This document shows, in pieces, positions 1-11,655 of a stretch of DNA of 64,000 nt; within the stretch, counting starts at the first letter, position 1, and every line of letters begins with the position of its first letter. Below the pieces are notes generated by a model. It worked only from the letters and a program-made list of their open reading frames with translations. It searched no databases and was not told the DNA's origin. Source of the DNA: Cyanophora paradoxa CCMP329 (taxonomy: Eukaryota > Plantae > Glaucophyta); the NCBI GenBank assembly GCA_004431415.1, contig QPMI01000207.1, positions 62,001 to 126,000 of the forward strand, given 5' to 3'. The position numbers and the translations under genes were made by a program.

Positions 1-366
1 CGGCTCTGCGGAAGCGCGAGCAATCAGAAACACGCAAATGCGCGGCGCTGCATCGCGGAGGCGTGGGGCGGGGTGCGCTCACCCTCGACCGAGGCCGGCG
101 ACATATCCTGCTTGCTTCTCGAGGGCTTGTTGTCTGAACTTGTCATCTGCCGGTTGGAACATGGCTGCCGATCGCTTCTGCGTCTGGGTGCTGTCAACTA
201 CGCCCGTACCCGGGTTCAGCTCGTCCCCCCAGGAGAAAAACAAAAGGCGGGAACTCGCGCCGCGCATCCCTGGCGTCGGCAGCGCGTCCCAGCGCCGCCC
301 ACGAGGCGCCTCTGTGATTTTAGAAGCATCTGAGCGCCCGCTTCTGCGGATCGGGCTTCGGGAGAG

Positions 367-3300
367 ATGGCGCGCCGCGGCGACGCAACCGACTCGTCTG
401 GCAACTTCAGCGACTCGTTCGAGAGGTTCTACAATGCACCTCTATCTGAAGACGACAGCGACGCCTCCCCTCGCTTTGGGCCGCGCGGCGGAAACCCGAA
501 CAAGGTCCCGTTAGCTACGGCCAGCTCCGCGCGCGTGCAGGGCAGGCAGAAGACTTCTCTCGATGGTACGGCACGGCCCAGGCGCCTCTGGCGTCGCTGG
601 CGCTAACGGCGCACCGCATCCGCAGAGTCGACGAGCGACCTGAGCGAGGGGGAGCTCCAGAGCTTGGCGCAGCTGCGGGAGGAAGCGAAGCGCAGCGGCA
701 CGGGCGTCTCTACTTCGGGCAGCCGCGACCCGTACTCCGGCATCGACCTCGGGTCCAACCCCTTCACGTCCTCGGCCGCCCCGCGCGGGGGCGCCGCGAG
801 CGGCGCGCGGGACCCGTACGCGGCGATCGACCTGGCGGCGCCGCTGCCGGTGCCGCGGCGAGGCCAGGCGCGGGGCCAGGCGCTGGTGGCGGCGACGTCG
901 CCGCTGCATCGCTCGCGGCCGCCGCCGTTCGAGTCGCTGCCGGAGGGCGACGACGCGTTCGAGTCGGCCTTCGACGAGGACCCCTTCAAGCTGGAGAGCG
1001 GCGAGCCGTCGCCGGCCGCCCGCCCCGAGCTCGCCGCCCGCCGCGCCCTCTACGGGGACGAGAGCGAGGGGGAGGGGGAGGACGAGGACCTGACGCTCGG
1101 GCCCGGCCCGCCGCTCCCGGGCCTCGAGGGCCCCGCCGCCAAGCCGGGGGCACCCCGCGAGCGCCCCCCCTCGCCCCTCTACTCCTCCCCCGACGCCAGC
1201 CCCGGCGCCGCCCCGGAGAGCGCGCCCAGCAGCGCCGCGCCGAGCTCGGGGCGGGCGGCGCCGCCTCCGCCCGAGGCGTCGGAGAGCCCGGGGGCCGGGG
1301 CGGGGGCCGGCGGGGCGGCGGACGACTCGTTCGGGCCGGAGGGGCGGAGGACGGCGAAGCGGAACCTGGACTTCGGGGCCGGGGCCGGCTCGGGGGAGCG
1401 GCGGAGCAAGGCGGTGAGCGCGAGCGTGGAGGCGCTGGTGGCGGAGGCGTCGGACGAGGAGGAGGCGCGCGAGGCGGAGCGCAAGCGCGACTTCTTCGCG
1501 CGCCTCGCGGAGACCCACGGGTGCGGGCCGCCCGCCGCCCCCAGCGCGCCCGAGCTGAGGGGGCGGGGGCAGGTCGGAGTCGCTGGACATCTCGCGCCTG
1601 CAGCAGACGCTCGACGCCGAGATCGCCGCCGAGGCCGACGAGGAGGACCGGGAGGAGCAGGCGGCCCCGGGGCCCGGCGCCGCCCCCGCCCCGCGGGCCC
1701 CGGCGGCCCCCGTGCCGGACCTGCTCGGCTCGTCGAGCCCCGCGCAGGGGCCGGCGGGGGCGGGGGCCGGGGGGCGCGCGGGGGCCGGAGCGACGAGGAC
1801 TCCGTGCGCATCACCTTCGCCTCCACCGCCCTCGCCTCCCGTGCGCCCCGCCCCTCTCCCCCGCCCTCCTCCCCGCTCACGCCCCGCAGCCCCGGCCCGC
1901 CCCTCGCCCATCGCCGAGTCCCCCTCGATGTCCGCCTCCGCCTCCCTATCCCCTCGCCGGCCCCGCCCGGCCTTCGCCCCAGCCCGCCGTCCACCTCACC
2001 CCGGCCGCACCCTCCCCGCCCCCGCCCTGAGCCCGCTCTCGCCCCGTGCCCGGCAGCGCCGCCCCTCTCCGGCCGCCGCCGTCGCCCCGTCCCCGTCCCG
2101 CGCCCGTCGCCGCGTACGAGGCGAGCCCCGCGCCGGTCCCCGCGGCGCGGCCGGGGCCGCAGCCGACCCCCGGGGCCCCTCGGGCCGAGCGTGGTGGAGA
2201 GCGCGGTGGCGGCGGCCGTGGCGGCGGCGATGGCCTCCGTGCCGCCCGTCGCCCTCCGCGCGTCGACGCCGCCCGCGCCGCCCTCGCCTCCCGCACCTCC
2301 GCCGCCCGCGCCCCCGCCATCGCATCCACCGCCCTCCTCCCCCGCGCCGCCCCTCCCCGCCCCCAAGGCCCGCACCCCCGCCCCGCTCGCCCTCTCCGCC
2401 CTCTGAGCCCGTCGCAGAGCCGTCGGAGGGGTCGGAGGGGAGGAGACGCCCCGGTCGAGCGCGGCGCCCTCGGCGACGCCCTCCCCGGCGGCCCCGCGCC
2501 CCGCCCGCGGCGCGCCGATGTCGGCGCCCTACGCGCGGCCGGCGAGCAGCGGGGCGTTCGCGGCCGGCCGGCCGCAGGCGGTCGTGCCGAACTCCCCGCG
2601 CACACGACGGCCCTCCCGCGCCCCTCCACGAGCGCCGCGTACCCCTACCTGCAGCACGGGGAGCGGCGGGAGCGGGGGCGGGGGCGGGCTCCCCCGCGGC
2701 GCCGGGCACGCCGGCCTCGCCGCAGCGGGGCCTGCCGCCGCGGAGCCCGGCCAAGGCGAAGGCGGGGCGCCGGCGGGGCTCGGCCCGCCCTCGCCCTCCA
2801 AGGCCGTCCCGGCGTCGCCGAGCCGCGCCGCCCTCTCCGCCAAGTTCGAGGAGCTCCAGCAGGCCGTCGACTCGGCCGGGCGCGCCGCCGCCGCCGCCCA
2901 GCCCCCGACTGGGCCGAGCGCGAGCGCGAGTGGCGCCGCGAGCGCGCCGCCTGGCGCATCAAGGCGCGTCCGCACGCTCCCCGCTGCCCGCGGGCGCAGC
3001 TGAGGGGGCGGGGCGCAGGAGGCGGAGCTGCGGGGCAACGCGGCGCGCCTCGAGGCCCTCCTCGAGCACGAGCAGGAGGCATGCCGCGCCGCGCCCCGGC
3101 CCGGCCCGCGCCGGCTGAGGCGGCGCAGCGGTCGCGGCAGGCGCTGGGCGCGATGGACGACGAGCGGCGCTCCCTCGAGGCGAAGATCGCCGAGGTGCGC
3201 CGGACCTGCGCCCCGCGCCCCCGGCCCCGCTGCGCCGCGCGACCCGTGGCCCCGCAGCTCGAGGCGCGCGTTGCGGCGCTGACGGAGGAGAACGCCGCGC

Positions 3301-6300
3301 TCAAGGGGCCCCAGGCCGCCGCCGCCGGCCCCGCGGCCGCCGGGGAGGCGCAGGGCGCGGCGGCGGGTGCGCGGGAGCGGCTGCGGGGCGGGGTGCTGAC
3401 GGAGGAGGAGCTGCGGCGGGTGGAGAAAGAGATGGCGGAGCAGGAGCGGCTGCTGGCCGGCTACCAGCGGGAGAACGAGCGGCTCGTCGAGGAGCTGCGG
3501 CAGGCGCGGGACGCGGCGCGGCGGGCGGAGGCCGGGGCGGCGGCGGACGGGCACCGGGCCTCGCTGCGCCTCCACGAGCAGGCCGAGCAGCTCTCCGCCC
3601 TCCGCCAGAGCCGCCGCGACGAGGCGCGCGCCGGCGAGGGCGCTGGCGCCGGCCTCGGCGGCGTGGCGGCGCGGCAGCGGGCGGCGGAGGCGGAGGCGGA
3701 GCTGGAGCGGGAGCGGGCGGGGGCGCGGGAGCGGGAGCTGGAGCTGCGGGTGGAGATCGACCGGCTGCGGGCGGGGAAGAAGGAGGCGGAGGCGCGCTCC
3801 GCCGGCGTCGACCTCGCCAAGCTCGAGGCCGAGGCCCACGAGGCGCGCCCCCGCCCCCGCCCCGCCCCCGCCCCGGTGCGACGCGCGGGGTGGGGCGGCA
3901 GGTGCGGCAGCTGCGGGCCGAGCTCGCCGAGGAGCGCGCGCGGGGCGCCCGCGAGGCCGACGAGCTCCGCGCCAAGCTCCGCTGGCGCGCCCCGCCCCGC
4001 CGCCGCCGCCCGGGCGTGGCGGGGCTGAGCGCGCGGCGGGCGCAGGTACGTGGAGAACCAGGAGATGCTCGACCGCAACGACGCCGCGCTCAAGGAGCAG
4101 GCCCGCCCCGCCCCGCCCCGCCGCTCCGCGCGCGCCTCGAGGCCTCCTCGCGGCGGGGCGCTGAGACGGGGTCCAGGGGGAGATCATCCGGGACCTGACG
4201 GCCCGCCTGCGCACCTACGAGGGGCCCTCGGGCCTCCCCGTCGCCCCCGCCCCCGCCCCCGCCGGCCCCGCCGACAAGTCCAAGTCGAAGAACAAGCAGG
4301 CGGCGGCGGGGCAGGCGGGGGTGGCGGGGGCGGGCGGGGCGGTGGGGCCGGCGCGGCGGATCCGGGAGCTGGAGGGACAGGTGGCGGAGCTGGAGGGGAT
4401 CCTGCGGGAGCGCCACCCCAACTCCATCGCCGCCCTCATCCGCGCCACCAAGCCCTCCCTCGAGGAGGAGGCCCACACCGCCGCCCTCAAGGCGCCCCCG
4501 CCCACCTCGTCCCGCCCCGTCTCTCGCCGCTGACGGGGCGGGGGCAGGAGCGGGTGGCGGCGCTGGAGGAGGAGGCGAAGGGGCGGGAGGAGGCGGCGCA
4601 GAAGGCGCTGCGGGTGCTGCGGCAGGAGCACGAGCGGGTGCGGGCGGGGTACGAGAAGCAGCTGCGGGCGCTGCACGAGGAGCTGGGGCGGCTGCGGGCC
4701 CTCGAGCGCGAGGCCAAGCCGGCCTCCGCCCGCCTGAAGGAGCTCGAGAAGCAGCTCGACGAGGCGCGCGCCCCGCGCCCCGACCCCCGCCCTCCCCCCT
4801 CGCTCGCCCGCTCAGCGGGGCGGCAGGTGCGGGCCTTCTACGCGAAGAAGGTCCGCACGCTCCAGGAGAAGCTCGACGCCAAGGGGCCCCCCGCGGAGGC
4901 CGGCCCCGAGGGGCGCCCGCCGGCGAAGCGGGCCGGGGCGCGGGGCGGCGGGGCGGGGCGGGAGGAGGCGGAGCGGCTGCGGGCTCGCGTGCGGGAGCTC
5001 GAGGCGGGGCTCGAGGCGGCGCAGGCCCAGGCCGCCGCGGCGGGGGCGGCGCCGAGGCGCTGCGGGCCCTCGAGGAGGCGAACGCCGCGCAGGCCGCCCG
5101 CGTCGCCGAGCTCGAGGCGCGCCCCGCCGCCCCCGCCCGCGTCCACCGCGCCGGCTGACCGGCCCGCAGGCGCGCATCCTGGCGATGTCGGCGGAGTACG
5201 ACGACCTGGCGCGGCACGCCGGGGGCCTGGCGGCGCGGCAGCAGCTGGCGGGGGCGGGGCTCCCCGGCGGGGGCTACGGGGGCGCCCTGGAGGAGCTGCA
5301 GCGGCGGCTGGAGGGGAGCGAGCTCGCGCGGCAGGCCCTCCAGGAGAACCTCTCCCGCATGGTCCGCAGGGCCCACTCCGAGGCCTCCGCCCGCGTCGGT
5401 CCGCCCCGCCCCGCCCCGCCACGCCACGCCCCGCGCCGGGCGAGGCGGAGGCGGGCAGAGGCGCTGCGTGCGGAGCACGAGCAAGCGGTGCAGCGGATGG
5501 TGGCCGAGCACCGCAAGGAGGTCGCGGCGGCCGTGCAGCGCGCCGGCCAGCGGCCCGCCCGCCGCCCCCGCTCCGACGAGAGCGACCCCGCCTCCGCCTC
5601 CCCCTCCGCCTCCTCCGAGGACGAGGACGAGGAGGAGGGCCGGCGGCGGCGGCGCGGCGCCGAGGCTAAGGCTGCTGCGCGGGCGGCGGCGGCGGAGGCG
5701 CGGGCGGCGGCGGCGGAGGGGGAGCTGCAGCGGGCGCGGGCGGAGGTGGCGGCGGCGCGGCGGGAGGCAGAGGCGGAGCGCGCCGCCGGCTCCGCGCTGC
5801 GCGTGGAGGTCGAGCGCGCCGTGCGGCCGCCGGTGCGCCTCGCGGGCCCCGCGCGCTGCGGGCGCCGCGCTGACGGCTCGCGCGGCAGAGCGCGGCGATG
5901 TACGCGTCGCTCGAGGCGAAGGTGGCCGCCATGGAGGCCGCCACCGCCGCCCGCGAGGCCGAGGCGAGCCGCCCGCCCGCCCCCGGCCCCCGCCGGCCTC
6001 GCGCGCGCGCGGCTGAGGCGGGGCGGGGGGGCGTGGCAGGTGCGGCGGCTGCTATCGCGGGCGAGCTCGGACGCCGACGAGCGGCTGCGCGCCCTCAAGG
6101 ACAAGTGCCGCCGCGTGCGCCCCCCGCCCCCGCCCCGCCTCGAGGAGGAGGAGCGAGGGGGCGGGGCGGGGGCCAGGCGCTGGCACGGAAGAACGCGGCG
6201 ATCGAGCGCTTCCGGCGGGAGCTCGACGAGCTCCTCGACGCGGCGGCCCGCGCGGGGGCGCCCCGCCCCGGCCCCGGCCCCGCACCGGCCCCTCCGCCGG

Positions 6301-6484
6301 CGCGGGGCGGGGCAGGCGGGAGGAAGAGGAGGAGGAGGAGTGGCTGAGCGAGGGGGCGCACGAGGCGGCGGCGGCGCTCGGGGTGGCCCTCAGCGACGGC
6401 GAGGGCAGCCTCCGCGCCCCCCGCCTCGCCTGGGCCGCCCCCCGCCCCGCCCCCTACACCCCGGCCCCCTACTCCCGCTCCTGA
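367..6484 (+). CDS. CEP162: Centrosomal protein CEP162/QN1-like coiled-coil protein (about 16 introns)
   Basis: Hand-spliced exons give LLAGYQRENERL, KLRW|YVENQEML, ILRERHPNSIAALIRA and RKNAAIERFRRELDELLD, matching recalled CEP162 blocks. Introns include 566-625 (GT), 1521-1572 (GT), 2964-3018 (GC) and 3985-4045 (GC). The Pro/Ala-rich N-terminal half has apparent 1-nt indels, so the ends are approximate. Confidence 0.8.
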
Positions 6485-7041
6485 CCTCTGCCCCCGCACA
6501 CCGACGAGTGAGGCCGGAAAGGCGGACTGGAGCGAGGCGAAGCGGGCAGAGGCGGCGGGGATGCGGGGGAGGCTCGACCAGCGGAGCCGATCCCGAGGGC
6601 CTGAGGGGGAGGGGGGCTCTTAAGGGGGGCAGCGGGCATGCCGCGATACTTCAGGGGGCGAGGGCCTCGATGCAGCTTGGCAGCGCGGCATGGCATTTCT
6701 GCCGCCAGTATCAGCAAAGGCGCGGGACGCACCTGCAGGCCGCCGGGCCGTGGCCCGAGGAACGAGGTACCCAAGCCTTTGGAGTTCGGCGGGCGTCTGG
6801 GGCCCATAGCCAGCTGATCCGCGGGCCAAGGCCCTGAGGCATCCGCGCCCGGAACTCGGAGCTTGCATTCGGAATCAGACTCTGAGACGCGGGGACAGGC
6901 TCGGCCTCGCCGGCTTCATCCGACTGACGGACTCGGCGAGGCCTGAGAGAGGCCCTGAGGGGTCCGAGGCCTGAGGGGGGTCCGGCGCCGAGGTGAGGGC
7001 CTCCCCAGGCTTCAAGGCTTCACCGAGCTTCAAGGCTTCAA

Positions 7042-7109
7042 AACGCTTTGAAGGCTTCGAAGGCTTCGAGCCTTACTACGTTAAAGGCTTCCGAAGCCTT
7101 CAAAGCGTT
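7042..7109. repeat. Perfect 18-bp inverted repeat within an AAGGCTTC-rich array
   Basis: AACGCTTTGAAGGCTTCG (7042-7059) is the exact reverse complement of 7092-7109. It lies between two convergent genes. Confidence 0.8.
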
Positions 7110-7652
7110 CCTCGGTGACCCGTGACCGTCGCGTCACGGCGTCGGGGCTCCGAGGCTCGGCCGGCGCCAAAAGCACTGTGATTCAGTGACATGAAACTTG
7201 AAATGTTCAACGTTAACGCTCACGGGTGAAACTTGATCATGATCACGTCCTCCGAGGCTCATGATCATCCTCGAGCCTCGAGCTCCGAGGCTCAGGATCC
7301 GGACTCTGAGGAGTCAGGGCTGGGTCTGGGCTCAGCTGCTCAGCGGCTCAGCGGCTCCGGGCTCTCAGGCTCTGATCATGAACTTCGAATTCGAAATGTG
7401 CCACGGCCCGGCGGCCCGGCGGCCACCTGGTGTTCTTTCTTTCAGAGTCTCCTGCCGGGCCGTGTTTCGAGGCTGCACTGTGGCAGCTAGCGCTGGCAAC
7501 GCGCTCGGCGGCTTTTGTCTCCCGTGTCAGGCCGCGCGAATGATCGCGAGTTGCTTTCAAGTTGAAGTTCGAAACAACGGTTCGAAGGGTCGGGTTGTGG
7601 GTGTGCTCGGGGCTCGGGTGCTGGGGCCACGGCGGGGCGGGGCGGGGCGGGC

Positions 7653-10600
7653 TCAGAGGTGCTCGAGGATCCAGTAGGCGCCGTTGACGAAGCCGTCGGA
7701 CTCGGCCTCCACCCGCGCCAGCGCGTGCACGTCCTCCGGGTACGTCAGCAGCCTGCCGGGGGCACCCGCGCGTCGGCCGGCCGGGGCGGGGGAGAGGGCG
7801 GGCGGGGTGGAGGGGCGGGTGGGAGGGGGCGGACCGGGCCTCGACGCCGAGGGCGCGGAGGGCGTGGTAGTAGTCGAGGCCCTGCGAGGGGGCACCCGCC
7901 GGTCCTTCTCCCCCACCAGCAGCAGCGTCGCCGCCTTCACCTGCCCGCACCCCGCCCGCCCCCTCGGCCCCGCCCCGGCCCGAGCGCGCGGGGCGGGGCG
8001 GGGCGGGGCGGGCCTTGTGGACGTGGGCGGCGGGGGAGGCGGCGTACAAGGCGGCGACGGCGGGCGGGGTGAGGGGCCGCTCGCGCGAGGCCGGGAGGAC
8101 GCCCGCCTCCGCCAGCCCGCCCTCCACGAAGCACCAGTCCGGGATGTCCGTCACCCCTGCCGCCCCACACCCCACCCGCCGCCGTCGGCTGCGGGCGGGG
8201 CGGCAAGCGGGGGGCTCGCGGCCGGGGCGCGCCGGTCATGGAGGCGATGTTGGTGACGGGGTTGCGGGCGACGGCGGCGCGGTAGGCGTCGGGGTACTGC
8301 CCGATCAGGTGCAGCGAGAGGAAGCCGCCGTGCGAGCCGCCTGCGCGCCCCCGCTGGCGTCGGGCGGGGCGCGCTGGGGCGGGGGCGGGGCGGCGGGGGC
8401 GGGGACCGGTGATGAAGACGCGGGAGGGGTCGACGAGGCCGCTCGCGCGCGCCGCCTCGACGGCCTCGTGCGAGTCCCTCACGTCCTGCTCCCCGACGCG
8501 CCCCAGCAGCGAGAGCAGCGGGGCCTGCCCCGCTCCCAGCGAGCCCCGGTAGTTCACTGCCCCGCCCCTCAGCCCCGGCCCGGCGGCCTCGCGGCGGGGA
8601 GGCGGGGCGGGGGCGCGCCGAGGAGGACGGCGAGGCCGAGGCGGCAGTAGGCGGCGCAGGAGAGCAGGTACTCGCCCTGCGGGGCCCTCGCGAGGGGCGG
8701 GGCGGCTGCGGGGCGGGCGGGGCGGTGGGGCGGACGGCGAAGGCCGAGTGGGGCCCGCCGTGCACGAAGCCGACCAGCGGCGGCCGCTCCCCAGCCCGCT
8801 CTGCGCCTGCCGCCCGCTCGGCGGGGGCGGGGCGGGGTCGGGCGGGGCGGGGCGGGGCGGGCGCACGGGGCGCAGGAGGAGCGCCTCGTAGTCGTCCGCG
8901 TGCTCCCCAGCGCCTGCCGCCCCCGTCACCGCCCCGCCCCCACGCCCAGCGGCCCCCGCCCCGCCGGGAGCCCCGCGCGCCTTCCCGTCGCGCGCGTGGC
9001 CGGCGGCGGTGCGGCGCGAGGCCTCCGGGCGCAGCGTGAAGACTGCAGCGGGGGCGCGTGGGCGGGGGCCGGCAGGGCGGGGGCGAGGCGCTGCACCGGA
9101 GGCCGCGATGTCGGGGAAGGGGGCGGCCGGCTGCAACACGGGCCGCCACGCGATCGGCCCCGCCCGAGCTCCCCGACCACCACCCGCTGCGGCGCCCGCG
9201 GCCCGCTCACTGCGCCCCCGTCGGCCCCGCCGCCGCCGGCACCGCGCAAGGGAGGGGCGAGGGGAGGGGGCGGACCGGCGGCGAGGAGGGTGGTGCCGGC
9301 GGCGTCGAGGAGGGACCAGGCGACGTCGTCGGAGGCGAGCGGGGCGGGGGCGGCGTTGGGCGCCCGGGGGCGTAGGGGGCCGGCGTGAGGCGCTCGACGG
9401 CCCCCGTGGCGGCGTCGACGGCGACGAGGGCGCTCGAGAAGCCCCACAGCGTCGACGCCACCAGCCGCCTCCTGCGGCCCGCTCCCCCGCTCAGCGGCGC
9501 TGCGGGGCGGGGCGCGGGGGCGGGGCGGGCGGGCGGGCCCGTCGGGGTCCAGCAGCGGCGGGGCAGGGCCGAGGTGAAGAGGCCGGGGAAGGCCCCGCCG
9601 CCCCCGGCGCCTGCCCCGCGTCGGCCCGCGCGGGGCTCCGGCGCGCGGCGCGAAGGGCGCGGCGCGCACGTCGACGATGTCAACGACGACGCGAGGGGGG
9701 CCGGCGGGGCGCCCCTCCGCCCTGGGCGGCGTGAGGGGGCGGGGGCGGGGGCGGGGGCGGGGAGGGTGGCCCCCGGGGCACCAGGGGAGGATGCGGAGGC
9801 GGGCGGCGGCGAAGTGCGGGCCGAGCGCCTCCGACGAGAGGAAGGCCAGCGAGCGCCCGTCCTGCCCCCCCCATCAGCCCCCGGCGTGGGGTGGGGTGGG
9901 GGGCGGGGCGCGGGGCGCACGGGGCTGAAGCGCGGGGAGCGCGCCATCGGGTCCCCGCACTCGAGGGGCACCGCCTCCTCCTCGCCGCCCTCGCCGGCGG
10001 CCTCCTTCTGCGCGGCCTCCTCCTTCTTCTCGTCCTTCTTGCCGGTGAGGGGCCGCGTGGTGCGGGCGTTGAGGGGCACGAGGTAGAGGCGGGAGGGCCG
10101 GTTGTAGCAGTAGACGATCCCCAGCCGCCGCGGCTCCGTCTCCCTGCGCCCCGCCTCAACGTCCCGCCCCGCCCCGCCCCGCGCGGGGCCGCCCGCCCGC
10201 ACCAGCACGTCACGACGAGCGCCTCGTCGCCGGGGGCGAAGCTGCGCGCCCCGTTCGGCACGTCCGGCAGCGACGCGGGGCCGGGGCGGGGCGGGGCGGG
10301 GCGGGGCGGGGCGGGCGGGCAGGGCGCACGTGACCTGGCCTGCGGTGAGGCGCGCCGGGAGGCCCCGCGGCTCGATCCCGACGATCTGCCCCCGCCCTCA
10401 GCGAGCTCCTGCCCGGCTGCGCGCAGCTCCCCGGGGGGGGGGGGAGGGGAGGGGGGAGGGCGGGCCTGCTCGGCGCGGATGTCGGCGATGAAGGGGCGGG
10501 GGCAGCGGCGGCGCACGTAGGTCTCCCCCCAGTCCTCCTTCGGCCCGAAGTTGAACGCGTCGCGCACCGCCACCTCGCGGTTGCCGCCTGCCAGCGCCCC

Positions 10601-11322
10601 CTCGGCAGGGGCCCGGGGCGGGAGGGGGAGGCGCGGGCGGGCCCTGGTCCTCGTCGAAGACGGAGGCGGCGGCGGGCGGCGGCGGCAGCTGCTCCGCCAC
10701 GTACGCGAGGCGCGACTCGTCCGCCGACCAGCTGAAGCCCTTGAACCACTCGTCGGCGTAGACGGCCCCGTGCTTGCCCTCCGTCGCGATGTTCGCGACG
10801 ATGCCCGACTGGTCCCAGACCTCCACGTACCCCTTGGGCCGCCCCGCCTCGTCCGCCTTGGCGTCCGGCACCGGGCGGAAGTACGCCGTGTAGCGCCCTT
10901 CGCCGCCGGCGTCAGCGCCGCGGGGGCCCGGCGCCGGCGACGGCGCCGGGCGGGGGAGGACGGACCCGAGGGCGAGACGCTGACCGCCACCTCCGACGGC
11001 ACTTCGATGGGAATCGCCGTCTGCCGCACCGCCCCTGCGCACCAGGCGACGCGCCCCGCTCTCAGCGCGCCGCTGGCGGATGGCACGTGAGGGCGTCGCA
11101 AGCGCCCGCACCGCCCTCCGTCGCGTGCTGAGTGATGAACGACCGCTGCTTCTTCTGCTTCAAGTCCCGCTGCGAGGATCGCACGAGGATGCGCTGGCCG
11201 GCGCCGTCGCCCGGGAGCAACCACGCTTCGGACGCCGAGCTCAGCGTCGCCAGCTCCTTGAATACCTGCTGCGGAGTCTTCGAACCGAGGCCGCCGGGCT
11301 GCTCTGCTGCGCTTGAGGCCAT
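7653..11322 (-). CDS. APEH: Acylamino-acid-releasing enzyme (peptidase S9C), multi-exon
   Basis: HGGPH; nucleophile motif GGSHGGFL; AVARNPVTNIASM; EKDRRVP (Asp); YPEDVHAL (His). The N-terminal propeller has EDWGETY and LGIVYCYNRPS. Starts MASSAAEQ at 11322. Confidence 0.9.
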
Positions 11323-11655
11323 TGCGCGAAGAGTCCCGCTGCCGAAAGCGTCAGCGCGTACGTGCACGCGCCCATAGGGCGCGCGCACGTGCAAAGTCGC
11401 TCAGGATGTCGAAAGGAGACGACGCCGCGAAAGACCGGCAGGCCGTGGAACGACCGACGCGCGTAGACCCGGCGCGTGGACCTGGTGCCGTGGAGCGAGC
11501 CGATGCAGCTGGTCGATAATGCAAGTCGAACGGTCCTTGCGCTGATCGGGACTACCGGCGTAACGAACATTACCCCACCGCAGTCTGTCCCCCGCCCACA
11601 CTTCTCCCCCGTCCAACCGCCAACTCGCGCGCAAGCTGCGTATGGCCACGTCGAC

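Noticed and set aside
1700-2960. Apparent frameshifts in CEP162 (also in APEH, BROMI, SQD2 and the P5B 3' end) as programmed frameshifting or pseudogenes
   Set aside because: They cluster in G/C homopolymer runs in otherwise intact conserved genes, so long-read consensus errors are the simpler explanation.
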